From Squalus acanthias (Eukaryota): DNA of 64,000 nucleotides. Shown here piece by piece: positions 24,640-37,618 of the stretch (position 1 is its first letter; every line of letters starts with the position of its first letter). The stretch spans positions 127,784,001 through 127,848,000 of the forward strand of contig CM059432.1 in NCBI GenBank assembly GCA_030390025.1, given 5' to 3'. Position numbers and translations under genes: made by a program. The notes beneath the pieces were generated by a model, which was not told the origin of the DNA, searched no databases, and saw only the letters and a program-made list of their open reading frames with translations.

Positions 24640-25430
24640 AGTGGGACAAGATATGTAAGCGGGCAGAATACTGGCAGATGACCTTTAATGCAGACAGGTG
24701 TAAAGTGCTACACACAGGACGAAAAATTAGGCGACAGGCATGAATGGTGTTGAAATAGATAAGGATGAAGCCGAAAGAGACCTAGGAGTCCTAGTAGACT
24801 TGACGTTAAACATATCTATCCAATGCAGAGCAGCAATCAACAAAGACAACAGGACATTGAACTACATAACCAAAACAGAACAATATAGGTTGTAGGAGAT
24901 AATGATCATACTTCAGAGGGCTCTAGTTAGACCACACCAGGAATACTGCATCCAGTCCTGAGCGCAAAGAAACAAGAGAGACATTCAAGTGCTGGAGGCA
25001 GTGTAGAGAAGAGCCATGAGGCTGATCCCCAGTGTCAAGAGTATGGGTTCTGAGAAAAGACTGGAGAAACTCGGGCTTTTCAGCCTGGAAAGGAGGTGTC
25101 AGAGAAGTGTCTTTATAGAGGTATATAAAATTGTTAAGGGTAATGGAGAAACTTAAACAGGAATATTACTTTAAATTAAACTGCAGGATTAGAACAAGGG
25201 GACACAGGTACAAACTTTGAGAGGATAATTTTAAGACATATATCAGGAAATTCTTTTTCACACAAACAGTGACCAACATGTGAAATAAACTTCCAGATAG
25301 AATAGTGGAGGCTAAAACTCCGGAATAATTTACGGAACAATTGGATGCTACAGTCGGGTGGGGCGTTAGAATCTCCCCGAATGGATGAATCAAATGGGCT
25401 GAATGGCCTTACTCCTCCATAATTACCCTG
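24640..25430 (+). mobile_element. Old CR1 LINE 3' half
   Basis: WAEYWQMTFNADRCKVLH, ERDLGVLVD and LEKLGLFSLE motifs, plus a GGGCTGAATGGCCT tail. Confidence 0.8.
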
Positions 25431-26146
25431 TGAACTTATGACACAGTTCATTTCGAACCCTGCCACAGCAGCTCTTTAACCAGCCCCTGTGAGAAGCAAG
25501 TAAGCAAAAAAAAGGGCAAAACTGCAAATATGTTGAGAAAAAGGTTATTGTTATCAAGCTGTGAATTCCGGGTATTGATTCTTCTGCCAAAAGAATGGAA
25601 TTTGCTTCAGAAGCAACAATATTTGTAACTAAAAGCAGTCTATTGGTATGATACTCACAGCAGCAGTACGGGTGCTGCCAGGATATGGTTTGGCGAAATC
25701 TCGTAACGATATATTTCATTCACAAAACACTCAATGAGTTCTTTACTGCTCAGAGTCTTTTAATTTTGAAAGAAACTTTACAAAATATTCTATGTAAAAT
25801 ATTCTGTCTGTAGAATTGATTCAAACCAGTTATGTAATAAATAAAGTATGCAGCTGACCTACTCACATTTCAGGAACAAGTTAACTCCAGAAGCTGGGAC
25901 AGTACATAACGTTATCCAAATGCCTATCTGTCCACTTCTGTTTATACAAGTTCTGTGGCATACATTAGTAACGAAAACAAAATTGTAATATCAATTCCTC
26001 AGGTGCTGCTTTAATCTTAGCCCTGACCCTGTTAATAAAGGCAAACCACAAGCATCTTGTACCAATTGTAAGGAAATATTGTGCATAGTTTGTAGGCCCT
26101 AAAGTAACATTCAATATAAGCCGTAATACATGGAAAAATATATATT

Positions 26147-28840
26147 TTTATTCGTTCTGGGATGTGGGCATCGCTGGCAAGGCTAGCATTTATTGTCCAT
26201 CCCTAATTGCCCTTGAGAAGGTGGTGGAGAGCCGCCTTCTTGAACCGCTGCAGTCCGTGTGGTGATGGTACTCCCACAGTGCTGTTAGGGAGGGAGTTCC
26301 AGGTTTTTGACCCAGCGCCGATGAAGGATCGGCGATATACTTCCAAGTCAGGATGGTGTGTGACTTGGAGGGGATCTTGGAGGGGATGGTGTTCCCATGC
26401 GCCTGCTGCCCTTGTCCTTCTAGGACATCGCGGGTTTGGGAGTTGCTGCCAAAGAAGCCTTGGCGAGTTGCTGCAGTGAATCTTGTAGATGGTACACACT
26501 GCAGCTACGGTGCGCCAGTGGATGAGGGAGTGAATGCTGAAGGTGGTGGATGGGGTGCCAATCAAGCGGGCTGCTTTGTCTTGGATGGTGTCGAGCTTCT
26601 TGAGTGTTGTTGGAGCAGCACACATCCAGGCAAGTGGAGAGTATTCCATCACACTCCTGACTTGTGCCTTGTAGATGGTGGAAAGGCTTTGGGGAGTCAG
26701 GAGGTGAGTCATTTGCCGTAGAATACCCAGCATCTGACCTGCTCTTGTAGCCACAGTATTTATGTGGCTGGTCCAGTTAAGTTTCTGGTCAATGGTGACC
26801 CCCAGGATATTGATGGTGGGTGATTCGGTGATGGTAATGCTGTTGAATGTCAAGGGCCGGTGGTTAGACGCTCGCTTTTTGGAAATATTCATTGCCTGGC
26901 ACTTGTGTGGCATGAATGTTACCTGCCACTTATCAACCCAAGCCTGAACGTCGTCCAGGTCTTGTTACATGCGTGCATGGATGGCTTCATTATCTGAGGA
27001 GTTGTGAATGGCACTGAACATTGTGCAGTCATCAGCGAACAGCCCCTCTTCTGACCTTATGATGGAGGGAAGGTCATTGATGAAGCAGCTGAAGATGGTT
27101 GGGCCTAGAACACTGACCTGAGGAACTCCTGCAGTGATGTCCTGGGGCTGTGATGATTGACCTCCAACCACCACAACCATCTTCCTTTGTGCTAGGTATG
27201 ACTCCAGCCAGTGGAGAGTTTTCGCCCCGATTCCCATTGACTTCAGTTTTACTAGGGCTCCTTGATGCCACACTCGGTCAAATGCTGCCTTAATGTCAAG
27301 GGCAGTCACTCTCACCTCACCTCTGGAATTCAGCTCTTTTGTCCATGTTTGGACCAAGGCTGTAATGAGGTCGGGAGCCAAGTGGTCCTGGCGGAACCCA
27401 AACTGGGCATCAGTGAGCAGGTTATTGGCGAGTAAGTGCCGCTTGATAGCACTGTCGATGACACCTTCCATGACTTTGCTGATGATTGAGAGTAGACTGA
27501 TGGGGCGGTAATTGGCTGAATTGGATTTGTCCTGCTTTTTGTGGGCAGGACATACCTGGGCAGTTTTCCACATTGTCGAATAGATGCCAGTGTTATAGCT
27601 GTACTGGAACAGCTTGGCTACAGGCGCAGCTAGTTCTGGAGCACAAGTCTTCAGCACGATAGCCGGGCAACACGGTGGCATAGTGGTTAGCACTGGTGTC
27701 TCACAGCGCCAGGGACCTCGGTTCGAATCTGACCTCGGGTGACTGTCTGTGTGGAGTTTGCACATTCTCCCCGTGTCTGCGTGGGTTTCCTCCGGGTGCT
27801 CCGGTTTCCTCCCACAGTCCAAAAATGTGCGGGTTAGGTTGATTTGGCTATGATAAATTGACCCTTAGTGTTAGGGGGGGATTAAATATGTGGGGATAGG
27901 ATGGGATATGTTAGGGTGAATTAAATACGTGGGGTTACGGGGGTAGGGTGGGATATGTGTACTGTGGAGATTAAAGCAGGGACAGGGTACTGGATTTGGA
28001 TGATCAGCCATGATCGTATTGAATGGTGGAGCAGGCTCGACGGGCCGAATGGCCTACTCCTGCTCCTAGATTCTATGTTTCTATGTTTCTATGTTGTCGG
28101 GGCCCACAGCCTTTGCTGTATCCAGTGTGCTGAGCCGTTTCTTGATATCACGTGGAGTGAATCGAATTGGCTGAAGACTGGCTTCTGTGGTGGTGGGGAC
28201 CTCAGGAGGAGGCCGATATGGATCATCCACTCGGCACTTCTGGCTGAAGATGGTTGCAAATGCTTCAGCTTTGTCTTTTGCACTCACGTGCTGGGCTCCA
28301 TCATCATTGAGGATGGAGATATACATGGAGCCCACTCCTCCCGTTAGTTGTTTAATGGTCCACCACCATTCACGACTGGATGTGGCAGGACTGCAGAGCT
28401 TTGATCTGATCCGTTGATTGTGGGATCACTTAGCTCTATCTATAGCATGCTGCTTCCGCTTTTTAACATGCATGTAGTCCTGTGTTGCAGCTTCCCCAGG
28501 TTGGCACCACATTTTTAGGTACACCTGGTGCTGCTCCTGGCATGCTCTTCTACACTCCTTATTGAACCAGGATTGGTCCCCTGGCTTGATGGTAATGGTA
28601 GAGTGAGGGATATGCCGGGCCATGAGGTTACAGATTGTGGTGGAATACAATTCTGCTGCTGATGGCCCACAGCACCTCATGGATGCCCAGTTTTGAGCTG
28701 CTAGCTCTGTTCTGAATCTATCCCATTTAGCACAGTGGTAGTGCCACACAACATGATGGAGGATGTCCTCATTGTGAAGACGGGACTTCTTCTCCACAAT
28801 GACTGTGCGGTGGTCACTGCTACCAATGCTGTCATGGACC
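26147..28840 (-). mobile_element. 5'-truncated CR1/L2-group LINE (RT domain), split by a V-SINE
   Basis: RT motifs NYRPISLLS, QFGFR, DIKAAFDRVWH, GVPQ.SVLGP and FADD in ORFs 26203-26913, 26965-27660 and 28081-28797. Confidence 0.92.
27665..28093 (+). mobile_element. tRNA-derived V-SINE (HE1-like) with CR1-type tail
   Basis: Pol III A box TGGCATAGTGG and B box GGTTCGAATC. V-domain GTGTGGAGTTTGCACATTCTCCCCGTGTCTGCGTGGGTTTCCTCCGGGTGCTCC. (TTCTATGT)n tail. Confidence 0.9.
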
Positions 28841-28859
28841 TTGCATTAAACACCCCCAC

Positions 28860-29830
28860 TTAGGAAGCAGAGTAGGCTGTTTGGCCCATCAAGTGCGTTC
28901 TCTGCCATTTTGTTCACCGTAACGGTTCCTTATCTTTTTAAGCCAAATTTCCTGCCCTTTTCTATATTCCATATCTCCCAAGTAAACAGCTATCTCTCTT
29001 TTAAACACCTGATTGATTCTGAATCTATGGCCATCTGGGGCAGTGTATTTCAGATCCTCACGTTCCTTTCTATGAAGAAATCTTTCTTGGATTCACTTTT
29101 AATTAGCTTCATTCTAATTTTAAGATTGTCTCATTGTCCTCAATTCCCCTTAACTATCTATCTTGTCAATTCCCTTCATTATTTTAAACATCTCAACCAG
29201 ATCATCCATAACTTCCTTGTCTCTGGGGAATATACCCCAAGTTTACCCAGTCTCTCATCCTAGCTGTCCCTTCATCCCAGGTAGATAGGGAATATTATGG
29301 TGCCCGAAACTGAATATAATATTCTAAAAGAGGTCTGACTATTGCTTTGTATAACTTACATTAGTACTTTACTTCTTTTATATTCTGTGATATTTGTGAT
29401 GAAGCCCAGCACTCCATTAACCTTTGTGATTACTTTTTACATCTGCAAGCTCGATTTTAATGGTTTCTGTACCTGGACCCCATTTTGTTAGCCGTGGTAG
29501 CTCTTTAGCTTTTTAATCCCAATTCCCTACACGTTTCTGTATCTGTATCCCTTCGAACAACATCCTTACCTCTCAAGTAAATAACAAGCTCCCTTTGAAA
29601 CACATCATTGATTTTCATCCCTTTTGCCCCGATGCTTTCCCATTTAGCCTGCACTGCAACTGTCAGTTTGCATCTAAAATGCACTACCTCACATTTTGTT
29701 ACCTTAAACTGCAACTGCCATGATCTGCCCACTTGTTTAATCTATTCAACATCCATTTACAATTTTCTGTTTTCTTCTTCTGCACAATTCACTGTCACTC
29801 CCAGATTACTTTCATCTGCAAAATCATCTT
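28860..29830 (-). mobile_element. Old CR1 LINE remnant
   Basis: WQLQFKVTKCEVVH and FADE-like motifs, with a CR1 tail near 28865. Confidence 0.65.
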
Positions 29831-30029
29831 GACTTCCCATTTCATTGCTAAACAATAAATATCTAATGCACAACATTGCAGCATCTATTACAACTACAAC
29901 CTTCTCTATAATGTGGTTGATTTTGTTTATAAAACTCCCTACTTAATTTTTTCCCCTTCTACACCCTTAAAATGCTTTTATGTCAAAGCTGGGAGTATTA
30001 GCATTCTAGTATTAGTTACAGTTGTATGC

Positions 30030-30960
30030 AGCAATAGAAGAATTAGACATTATCAGTGTCTCTGTAACATGGCTAGATGTAAATGATAGCATGCAGAGTC
30101 CGCCGGTACACTTGTGGCCTTCCGCGACCGGCTGGGCATCGGAGGGGATGGAGGGCATTGTCGACACAGGTGACAATATTACGATTTAAAGTTATACGCT
30201 CCCTTTGTTTTTATTGATAATTCGTTGTTTATTGTTTGTGCCCCTTTAAATTAGGGGGCTCTTTTATAAGATTAATTTTATTTTGATTGATGACATCCGG
30301 GGCAACCCAGTGTTGTCCTGACTGACCAAGAAGAAGAGTAGATGTAAATGACGGACCTGAATCTCAGTTAAAGGTTTATCGGGGATATTGAAAGGATAGG
30401 ACAATGGGGAGAGGGTAAAGCTCTATTTGTTAAGGAGGATTTAATTGTTATTGGAAGAAATTATATTGGTCAGCAGGAAGAGCTGAAGCAATTTGAGTGC
30501 AGCTGGAATAATTAGCTGGTCCTAAGTTGATCATTGGTAGCTCCGGGTCAGGGGATGACCAGAATGTGACACCTTGTGCACAAGTTAAAAGGGCTACAGA
30601 ATTGGGTGGTCTGTGTGTAACGGGGGACTTTAATTACCCAGTAATCTGATAGCGGACTGTCCAGTATTGAAGGGGCAGGGCTGAAATATCTCTGGACATT
30701 ATGAATGATTGTTTTGTCATGTCGTTAGAGAGGATACTAGGAAATATTATTTACTCGACTTGATATTTAGCAGTGATCCGGAACACCTCGAGATCACAGC
30801 ATTATCACATTTAATCTGATTAGGTCAGTTACTGCTAAAGATAATTTAAAGTTAGTGCCAGAGTTCAGGAGAGCTAAATTTGTGAGCAGATGTGAATGGG
30901 GAGGGGAGACTTTTAGCCAGCAATAGCTTTAGTGCAAAAGAGACATGAAGGGCATTTAGA
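30030..30960 (+). mobile_element. Old CR1 endonuclease-region remnant
   Basis: DII.V..TWL, KDR...G, GDFNYP and LDLIFS motifs across frameshifts. Confidence 0.6.
30087..30338 (+). mobile_element. 5'-truncated Tx1/L1-like 3' end
   Basis: 13-bp TSD TAGATGTAAATGA (30074-30086, 30339-30351), GTGCCCCTTTAAATTAGGGGGC hairpin and AAGAAGAAGAG tail. Homologous to 18803-19042. Confidence 0.75.
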
Positions 30961-31689
30961 ATCATACTTCTCAATAAAGAAGTCATGTATGTCCCTCAAA
31001 TTAAAAGGAGGGTGTATGGTAAAATTAATCCAAGATAGATTAATGGTGATATCCTGAGACACGATGCAGGGCATATTTGAATAGAGTCCTCCAAATGTTG
31101 CTGGCTGGTTTCACTGCTAAAGATGATGCTGATAGATGTCATGTCAAAACTGAATCTGTTGAAGCTGATGCAAGTTAATACAAAATAAGAAAAGGGTTGG
31201 GTTAGGTTGCAGGAAGAACTTCTTTTTGCAGAGAACTTTGACCTTGAGCAGATTGCCAGGACATGTAGTGAGTATGAATTCACAACAGGCCTTCAGAAGG
31301 GAGCTGGACAAGCTCCTGCAAGTAGAAGACATTTCAAATTATACAAACTAGGTGGGGCTGGCAGTGATTAGTATCAGTTACTGCTGTCTCCTGAACTTAA
31401 TCGCCTTGGGGTTTGGAGGGTAATTTCCTCGTGTTTTTTGCTGTGTTTTATTTAATGTTTCCCAGGAAATTGTGTGACTGGGGAGTAGATTGATGATGCA
31501 TATAGGCTGCACCATGTCTGAATGGGTCAGGCTGACTGGACCACTCAATCTTTGCTTGTGCCTCCTTTTTTTGTATGTTTGCAAGACCAAAGCTGTCATA
31601 TTCAACTGCTGTCAAAAAACACTTATACACTTGCCACCAACTCCATCTCACTCCCTGCAAAATCATTCAGACTGAACCAGACAATGTGC

Positions 31690-32348
31690 AACCTCAACCG
31701 AGAGTTGAGCTTCAAAGCCCAGATCATATCCATCATCACAACCATTTACTTCCACTTCTGGACCTGTTCTTGACTCCCCCAGCACTGAAACCCTTATCAA
31801 TACCTTTGTTGTATCAGCACCCAACTTCTTTGATGCCCATCCTGCCAGCATCTTGAGCACTGCCCATCTAAAACTCCACCTACAATATCCTACCTCACAG
31901 TGAATTCCACTCGCCCATCACTGTCATCCACACGAACCTCCCTCAGCACTTTGTCCCCTCAGTATCCTGGTCCAAATCCTCATTCTCATTCACAAAGCCC
32001 TACCTGACCTCCTCCTACCCCGTCTCTGCAACTTCCTCCAAATTTGCATCCAAGCTGGTGCCCCCTTGATTCTAGTCTCCTGTGCATCTCTATCCCCTCT
32101 GCACCACCAATGGTGGCAGAACATGTAGCTGCCTTGGCCCTACTCTCTGGAACTTCCTTCCTAAACTTCTACACTTTGATAAATTTACTCCCTTCTTTAA
32201 AAGCCACTTCTAAATTCTGTCATTTCCAGTACACTTTCAGTTAACTCTCCTGACTCTTGCACTTCTGTTTGGCTTCTGTTTCTTCATTTTAAAACCACTT
32301 GGGGCATTTTCTACATTAAAAGTGCAATTTAAATGCAAGTTGTTGTTG
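31690..32348 (+). mobile_element. Old L2 LINE 3' remnant
   Basis: Similar to the reverse complement of 22400-23105. Ends in AAATGCAAGTTGTTGTTG. Confidence 0.6.
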
Positions 32349-33090
32349 GACTGCCTTGTCTAATTTTTGTTCAGCTAATCAGGTGTACTTTGGTAGTTCA
32401 GATATGCCAGTCCCTTAGAATTTCCTTGCCTCCCTTTTTCTCAGTACCTGGGAACCCAGTCAAGAATGGGACTACAGCGAGCAAAACGCTGACATTTTCA
32501 ACTTATTTAGTCCAAAGTTACATAATTGGGCTCTTATTTCTAATCAGTCTAGGATCTATCAGCATGGTGCTTGAAATTACTCAGTGGGATATCTGTGTTC
32601 AAATGCTTTACACATTTGTGTTTAATTCTTCTCTGTGGTTTTAGTGGAGGCAGGAACCCGTTTAAAATAAATGTGTTAACATCTCCAATAAAATAGTAGA
32701 TGAAGGAATTCCAGAGAAATATGTTAAGCATCTGTACACTATTACCCCACTGCATCATTTCAAGATTGTGGCTTCTTTCAGAACAATAGAATACGCAAAG
32801 GGGGAGAAATTCATTAACGCCCAGGAATAGGCGCTAACTTTGGAAAAGTTTGAGATTTAGCACCAGGCGCTAATCAATCTCGCTGCACGCAAAATTCAGT
32901 GTCATCGCTCAAAGAAAGGATTGGAGCGCTAAATCAAGCACTAACGGCCTAGCTCAGTGGCGTTAGACTCAAAGCGCTAACCAATATCAGGTGCAGTCTA
33001 ATCACAAGTCATCATTGCCACAGGCTCTTTCCAGTTCTTAAAGGGGAGGTTCATTCATTCTGCAGAACCTCATTCTCAGCATTGCTGCCT

Positions 33091-33164
33091 TTGATTGGTT
33101 GTGCCCCTTTAAAAAGGGGGCACATGCTGAACTTTAAATTGGCAATTGCCAGGAAGAAGAAGAG
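33091..33164 (+). mobile_element. 74-bp Tx1/L1-like 3'UTR insertion
   Basis: Perfect 15-bp TSD TCAGCATTGCTGCCT (33076-33090, 33165-33179). Same 3'UTR as 18803-18870. Confidence 0.8.
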
Positions 33165-33247
33165 TCAGCATTGCTGCCTGTGAACCTGCGTCAGCAAGCA
33201 GGAGCGGGCCAAGTCCAAGGAGCCGGACGCCTCATCCAGCTGTACTC

Positions 33248-35146
33248 ATGGCAGATCCACGCCTCAGGGAGAGAGCCCTCAGATTTTCGGACCAAGCATT
33301 GGAGGAGTTGGTATCCGCTGTGGAGAGACGGAGGGCGGTGCTCTGCCTAGCAAGTGGCAGGTGGCCCTCGCCGCAAGTCTTCCGCACCATGTGGAGGGAG
33401 GTTGCCCATCAGGTCTCGGGCAGCACAGTGGTCCCCAGGACCCACACACAGTGAAGGAAGAAATTTTATGACCTCACTCGGGTGGTCAGGGTGAGTCAAT
33501 GCTTCAACAAATGCTACATACCACTGTCTGAACCACAGTCTGCACACATTGCCTAAAGCACCACACCCCTAGCACTCATCCACCAACAATCTCTACCTAC
33601 CAACACTCACACCCACATCTCACACACAATGGCAGCTATTCAACTATGGCAGGCACATTGCCCAAACACATTGCTCCACACACCCTCATACACTTTCCTT
33701 TCTCTTGCAGGCCAAGGTGACTCACAACAGGAGGGAGCAGGAGCGCACAGGTGTGAAACAACCTGACACCCAACCACTGTCTGCGCTCGAAAATAGAGTG
33801 CTGCAGATTATTGGGTGCCAGGTGGTGGGTGCCATGGCCACCGGCAACGTTGACCCCCTTGGGGACAACAACGGTATGTTCATCCCTACTCCTTCTTCTC
33901 ACATCCCACTTCCCCCTCACCCCACAAGCCTTTTGCACTTTCCAGCTAATCATGCTGTATGCATGCCTTTCTCCCTTCCTGCCCCCCTCCCCTCACCTTA
34001 ACCTGTCTCTTGTGCCTTTATGCTTTCAGATAATGAGCAAGCACCTGAGCGGCCTTTCACTGAGGGCAACGTTGAGAGCGAGGCGGGAGAAGAGGAGGAG
34101 GAAGAACACACCGCGTCACTGCATGTCTCACCCGCAGGCACCAGCTCAGATACTGGCAGTACGCGTTCTTTAGAGGCTAGTATAGTAGCAGGATCTGCAC
34201 AGGGTGAGGCATCGGAAACGAGCGGCTGCAGCAAGGCCAGGGAGAAAGGGTAGCTCGGGGGCCAGCTCCCCGGAGGGCGAGTTCGCGCGCGAGTTCTGCT
34301 GCACAGGACTCAGATGAGGATCTCGATGGGGAGGCCTTTAGAAGAAGGGTGATAGGCATGCACATGGAGATGATAGGTGCAATGGCAAGGGTGCCCGAGA
34401 GCCTGTCGTCAATGGTAAGGATCGTGGAGGAGTCCGCCTCCAACATTGCACAAAGCTCTGCGCACACCATGGAGCCCATCATTTCCAGTCTGGAAAGGAT
34501 GGTAGACTCCCAGAGAGAGCGTGGTGACCCAGACCTGATGCTGCGTGTGATGGGTGATCTGGCAGCTTCCATTGCAGCACAGGCAGAAGCGACGCAATGT
34601 CTTAGTGCTGTAATGCAGTCTATGGTTAGTGTCATTTAACCTCAGACTGCTCTCCTGCAGTCTCAGCTTGATGCCACGCAAGCTCTGACTGCTGCCATCT
34701 TGGCTGGGTGTACCACTGTTGACCGGGGCTTTCACAGTGTTGCAGCAGGCCAGCAATCTGTGCTGCAACAGATTGCTTGGGATGCTGAGGTGCTGCCCCG
34801 GGGGAGTGGCAGTGAGTCAGTGGAGCAGGAACCTGCTGTCCTCTCTCATGATGATAGCATTCCTGTTCCCACCGCTGCCACTCCGCCATTGCCCTTGTGG
34901 CTGCCTGTCATCCAGCCAGCCCAGACTGCTGCCGCCCATGCTGAGGTGGTGCAGTCTACAGCCGGGCCTTCCAGGCCCAGAGCTGGTCGAGGGCATCCTG
35001 CAAGGCCATCTGAAGTCTCCCACACGGACACTCAGCAGCCTTCCACCAGCCCTGCTGCAGCCACTGAGCCAACACTTCGTAGGAGCACTAGAGTAGGCAA
35101 AGGCACAGTAACAAGAGGCACTAAGGGATTGCACAAGGGTGAATAA
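33248..35146 (+). pseudogene. Harbinger Myb/SANT-like DNA-binding protein, 3 exons (33248-33490, 33711-33873, 34030-35146)
   Basis: MADPRLRERALRFSDQALEELV...WREVAHQV...RTHTQ*RKKFYDL. GT-AG introns. Premature TGA at 33452-33454 and frameshifts in exon 3. Basic C-terminal RRSTR. Confidence 0.85.
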
Positions 35147-35311
35147 TAAATATTGTTGTTGTAAAGATGTGTTCACGGATTATTGATAAATTTATTAATT
35201 CACTTTGGATAATTTTGTACTGTCTCTCATTTCAGCTGTGCACTGTGATATTGCCTGCGACAGGGATGGAATGATGGGGATGTGGTGAGCAAAGGGGATC
35301 TGGGGTTGAAT

Positions 35312-36490
35312 TTATTGGAACCGCAGTCTGATGAGGCGGTCACGGACCGCCCTTCCAGAAGGCCGATTGAGTGGCTGCCTCCTCCCTCGCTCCTGTTCCT
35401 CCTCCTCCTCCTTGTCTTCCTCATCCTCCTCCCCCTCCTCTCTCTCTTCCTCCTCCTGAGGTGGTCCTGCAATCCCTACTGGCAAGGGCTGGGCCATCAT
35501 GACGGCCAAGTTGTGACATGCAGCACACCACGACGAAATGGAACACCCGCTCCAGTGAGTACCGGAAGGATCGTCCCGAGTGGTCAAGACAGCGGAACCG
35601 TTGCTTGAGCACCCCGATGGTCTGCTCAATGATATTCCTGGTGGCAGCATAGCTCTCATTATATGAGTGCTGAGCAGGAGTGTTGGGGTTGCGGAGGGGA
35701 GTCATGAGCCAGGTGGAGAGTGGATAACCCTTGTCTCCGACCAGCCAGCTGCTAGCTTGATGAGGTGACTGGAAGAGTGCTGGCACACCGGTCTGGCGCA
35801 GGATGAAAGTATCATGGCTGCTGCCAGGATAGCGGGCATTCATATTGAGGATTCACTGTCTGTGGTTGCACACCAACTGGACATTAAGTGAGTGGTAGCC
35901 TTTGCGGTTACGGAAGATCTCAGGATTGTTATGCGGTGCCGGCAAAGCCATGTGGGTGCAGTCAATGGTGCCCTGCACCATGGGGAATCCCGCTATCCTT
36001 GCAAAGCCACACGCACGCTCGTCCTGCTTCTCTCTGGTGATGGGGAAGGAAATGTAGTCCCTTCTCCTACTGTAGAGTGCCTCTGTGACCTCCTGGCTGC
36101 AGTGATGGATGGCGACCTGCGAGATGTTCGCTATATCTCCTGTTGCAGACTGGAAGGATCCACTGGCGAAGAAATTGAGGGCGACATTGAGCTTGACTGC
36201 CACTGAGAGAGCCGTGGTTGCCCTGATCTGAGGCTCGAGGTCTGGTTGCAGGAGGTGGCAGAGTTCTGTGACCACCTCCTTGCTGAAGCGGAGCCTTCTA
36301 AGACACTGCTCCTGGCTTAATTGAAGGTAGGAGAATTGCTGTCAGAAGACCTCCGGAGGGTAAGGCCTCCTGTTGAGAGCACTGATGGCCCTTCTCCTTC
36401 CTCTGGTCACATGTTCCAGTCTTTCTCGCTGCCTGCCTCGCTCCGCCGTAAATCCTGGAGGGCGAGGTCGACTGCCAATACAGTCCCCAT
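35312..36490 (-). pseudogene. Harbinger (HARBI1-like) DDE transposase, disrupted
   Basis: [40 protein letters not shown] and IIEQTIGVLKQRFRCL. Stop at 35853 plus frameshifts. Confidence 0.92.
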
Positions 36491-37492
36491 TAATGTACGG
36501 AAGTGTAGCACTTTGATATGTTGTGAGAATAAATGTATCTAAGTTTTAGAAGCTGCAACACTCTGGAGACTAAACAACCTTTAAATGACTGAATTCAACT
36601 CTTGAACTATCTCAAACTGACAAGGAAGCAGTGAAGCAGCACTACCCTGACAGCTGCGACTCATTACTGAGGATCCCTTTAAGTAGCGCCCCTGGAGCCG
36701 GCATCCACCTGCTTGACGCCTCCTCTCCCTGTCGCTGTCGGGGCGAGGCGCTAAGGCAAGGGGGCGATACTCAATTTGGCAGATCGGGCGCCTAGTGAGC
36801 ATTGCATACTCACTGACGTCATGATCTGCCTGGCGCTGAAGTCCCCGGCACTAACTTGTAGCAACGGCGCTACGGGGGGGCCGAATTTGGCGTGAGCTAC
36901 TGCCTCAGCGCCCCGTTAGCACCCCCGCCAGGCGCTAATTGGAGGCACTAAGGTACCGAATTTCTCCCCCAAAATGTCAAAGATGAGAAGAAAATTCAAT
37001 GATAAAAACAGATGGTCCTTACCTAATTTGTAATCAGACAATGCAGTGACCCAACCCTCATCATCCTGATATAGACTCAAATCATAGGTGGGAATAATAG
37101 TGATTACAACAAAAAAGTATTGTGACAGGGCGCAAAGCATGTGCAAACTAAAGAGCACAACAACCTCACGCTCAAAATGAATACAAAATAATGTTTCACA
37201 GTAATATTCAACTAAAGTGTTTTTAAAAATAACTTCAAAGAGCATATCTTTTTAATATTGTTTTTGGTGGGATGAGAAGGAGTTGTGTGAACTGACCATT
37301 GTCTTATCCTTCTTGTGTGCATATTTAAACAATAGTTTTTTTTCCAAAAAAGCTTTACTATTAAAATTGATAGTTCTCAAGTAGCATCTGTAAATTTCTG
37401 GAATACGCTCAAGGTTGTTTTGACTGGTAACATTGATGAGAGGTTACGTAATACGATAAAATGGATAACACCAAGGAGCAGAGAGAGGTAGG

Positions 37493-37618
37493 TATTGTTA
37501 AATGTGCTCATTTGCTGTCTAGCAGTAAGGTTTTATAAAGCGGCTTTATTGTTAAATGTGCTCATTTGCTGTCTAGCAGTAAGGTTTTATAAAGCGGCTT
37601 TATTGTGAAATATGCTCA
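37493..37618. repeat. 54-bp tandem duplication (2.3 copies)
   Basis: TATTGTTAAATGTGCTCATTTGCTGTCTAGCAGTAAGGTTTTATAAAGCGGCTT repeated exactly. Confidence 0.95.

Larger units (their letters stand above)
32800..36970. mobile_element. Full-length PIF/Harbinger transposon A (4.17 kb, two convergent genes)
   Basis: Perfect 13-bp TIRs GGGGGAGAAATTC / GAATTTCTCCCCC, AAA TSD, Myb/SANT gene on + and DDE transposase on -. Confidence 0.95.

Noticed and set aside
23131..25757. Minus-strand multi-exon coding gene (segments near 25660-25757, 24180-24390 and 23245-23391)
   Set aside because: Splice sites are weak, phases could not be joined convincingly and the peptides are not recognised. It cannot be excluded without RNA data.
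27665..27735. tRNA gene (also at about 54955-55026)
   Set aside because: The A/B boxes are the head of a V-SINE, followed by the V-domain and a LINE-type tail.
26965..27822. 285-aa RT with a novel N-terminus
   Set aside because: The first ~53 residues are the antisense of an inserted V-SINE, in frame by chance.
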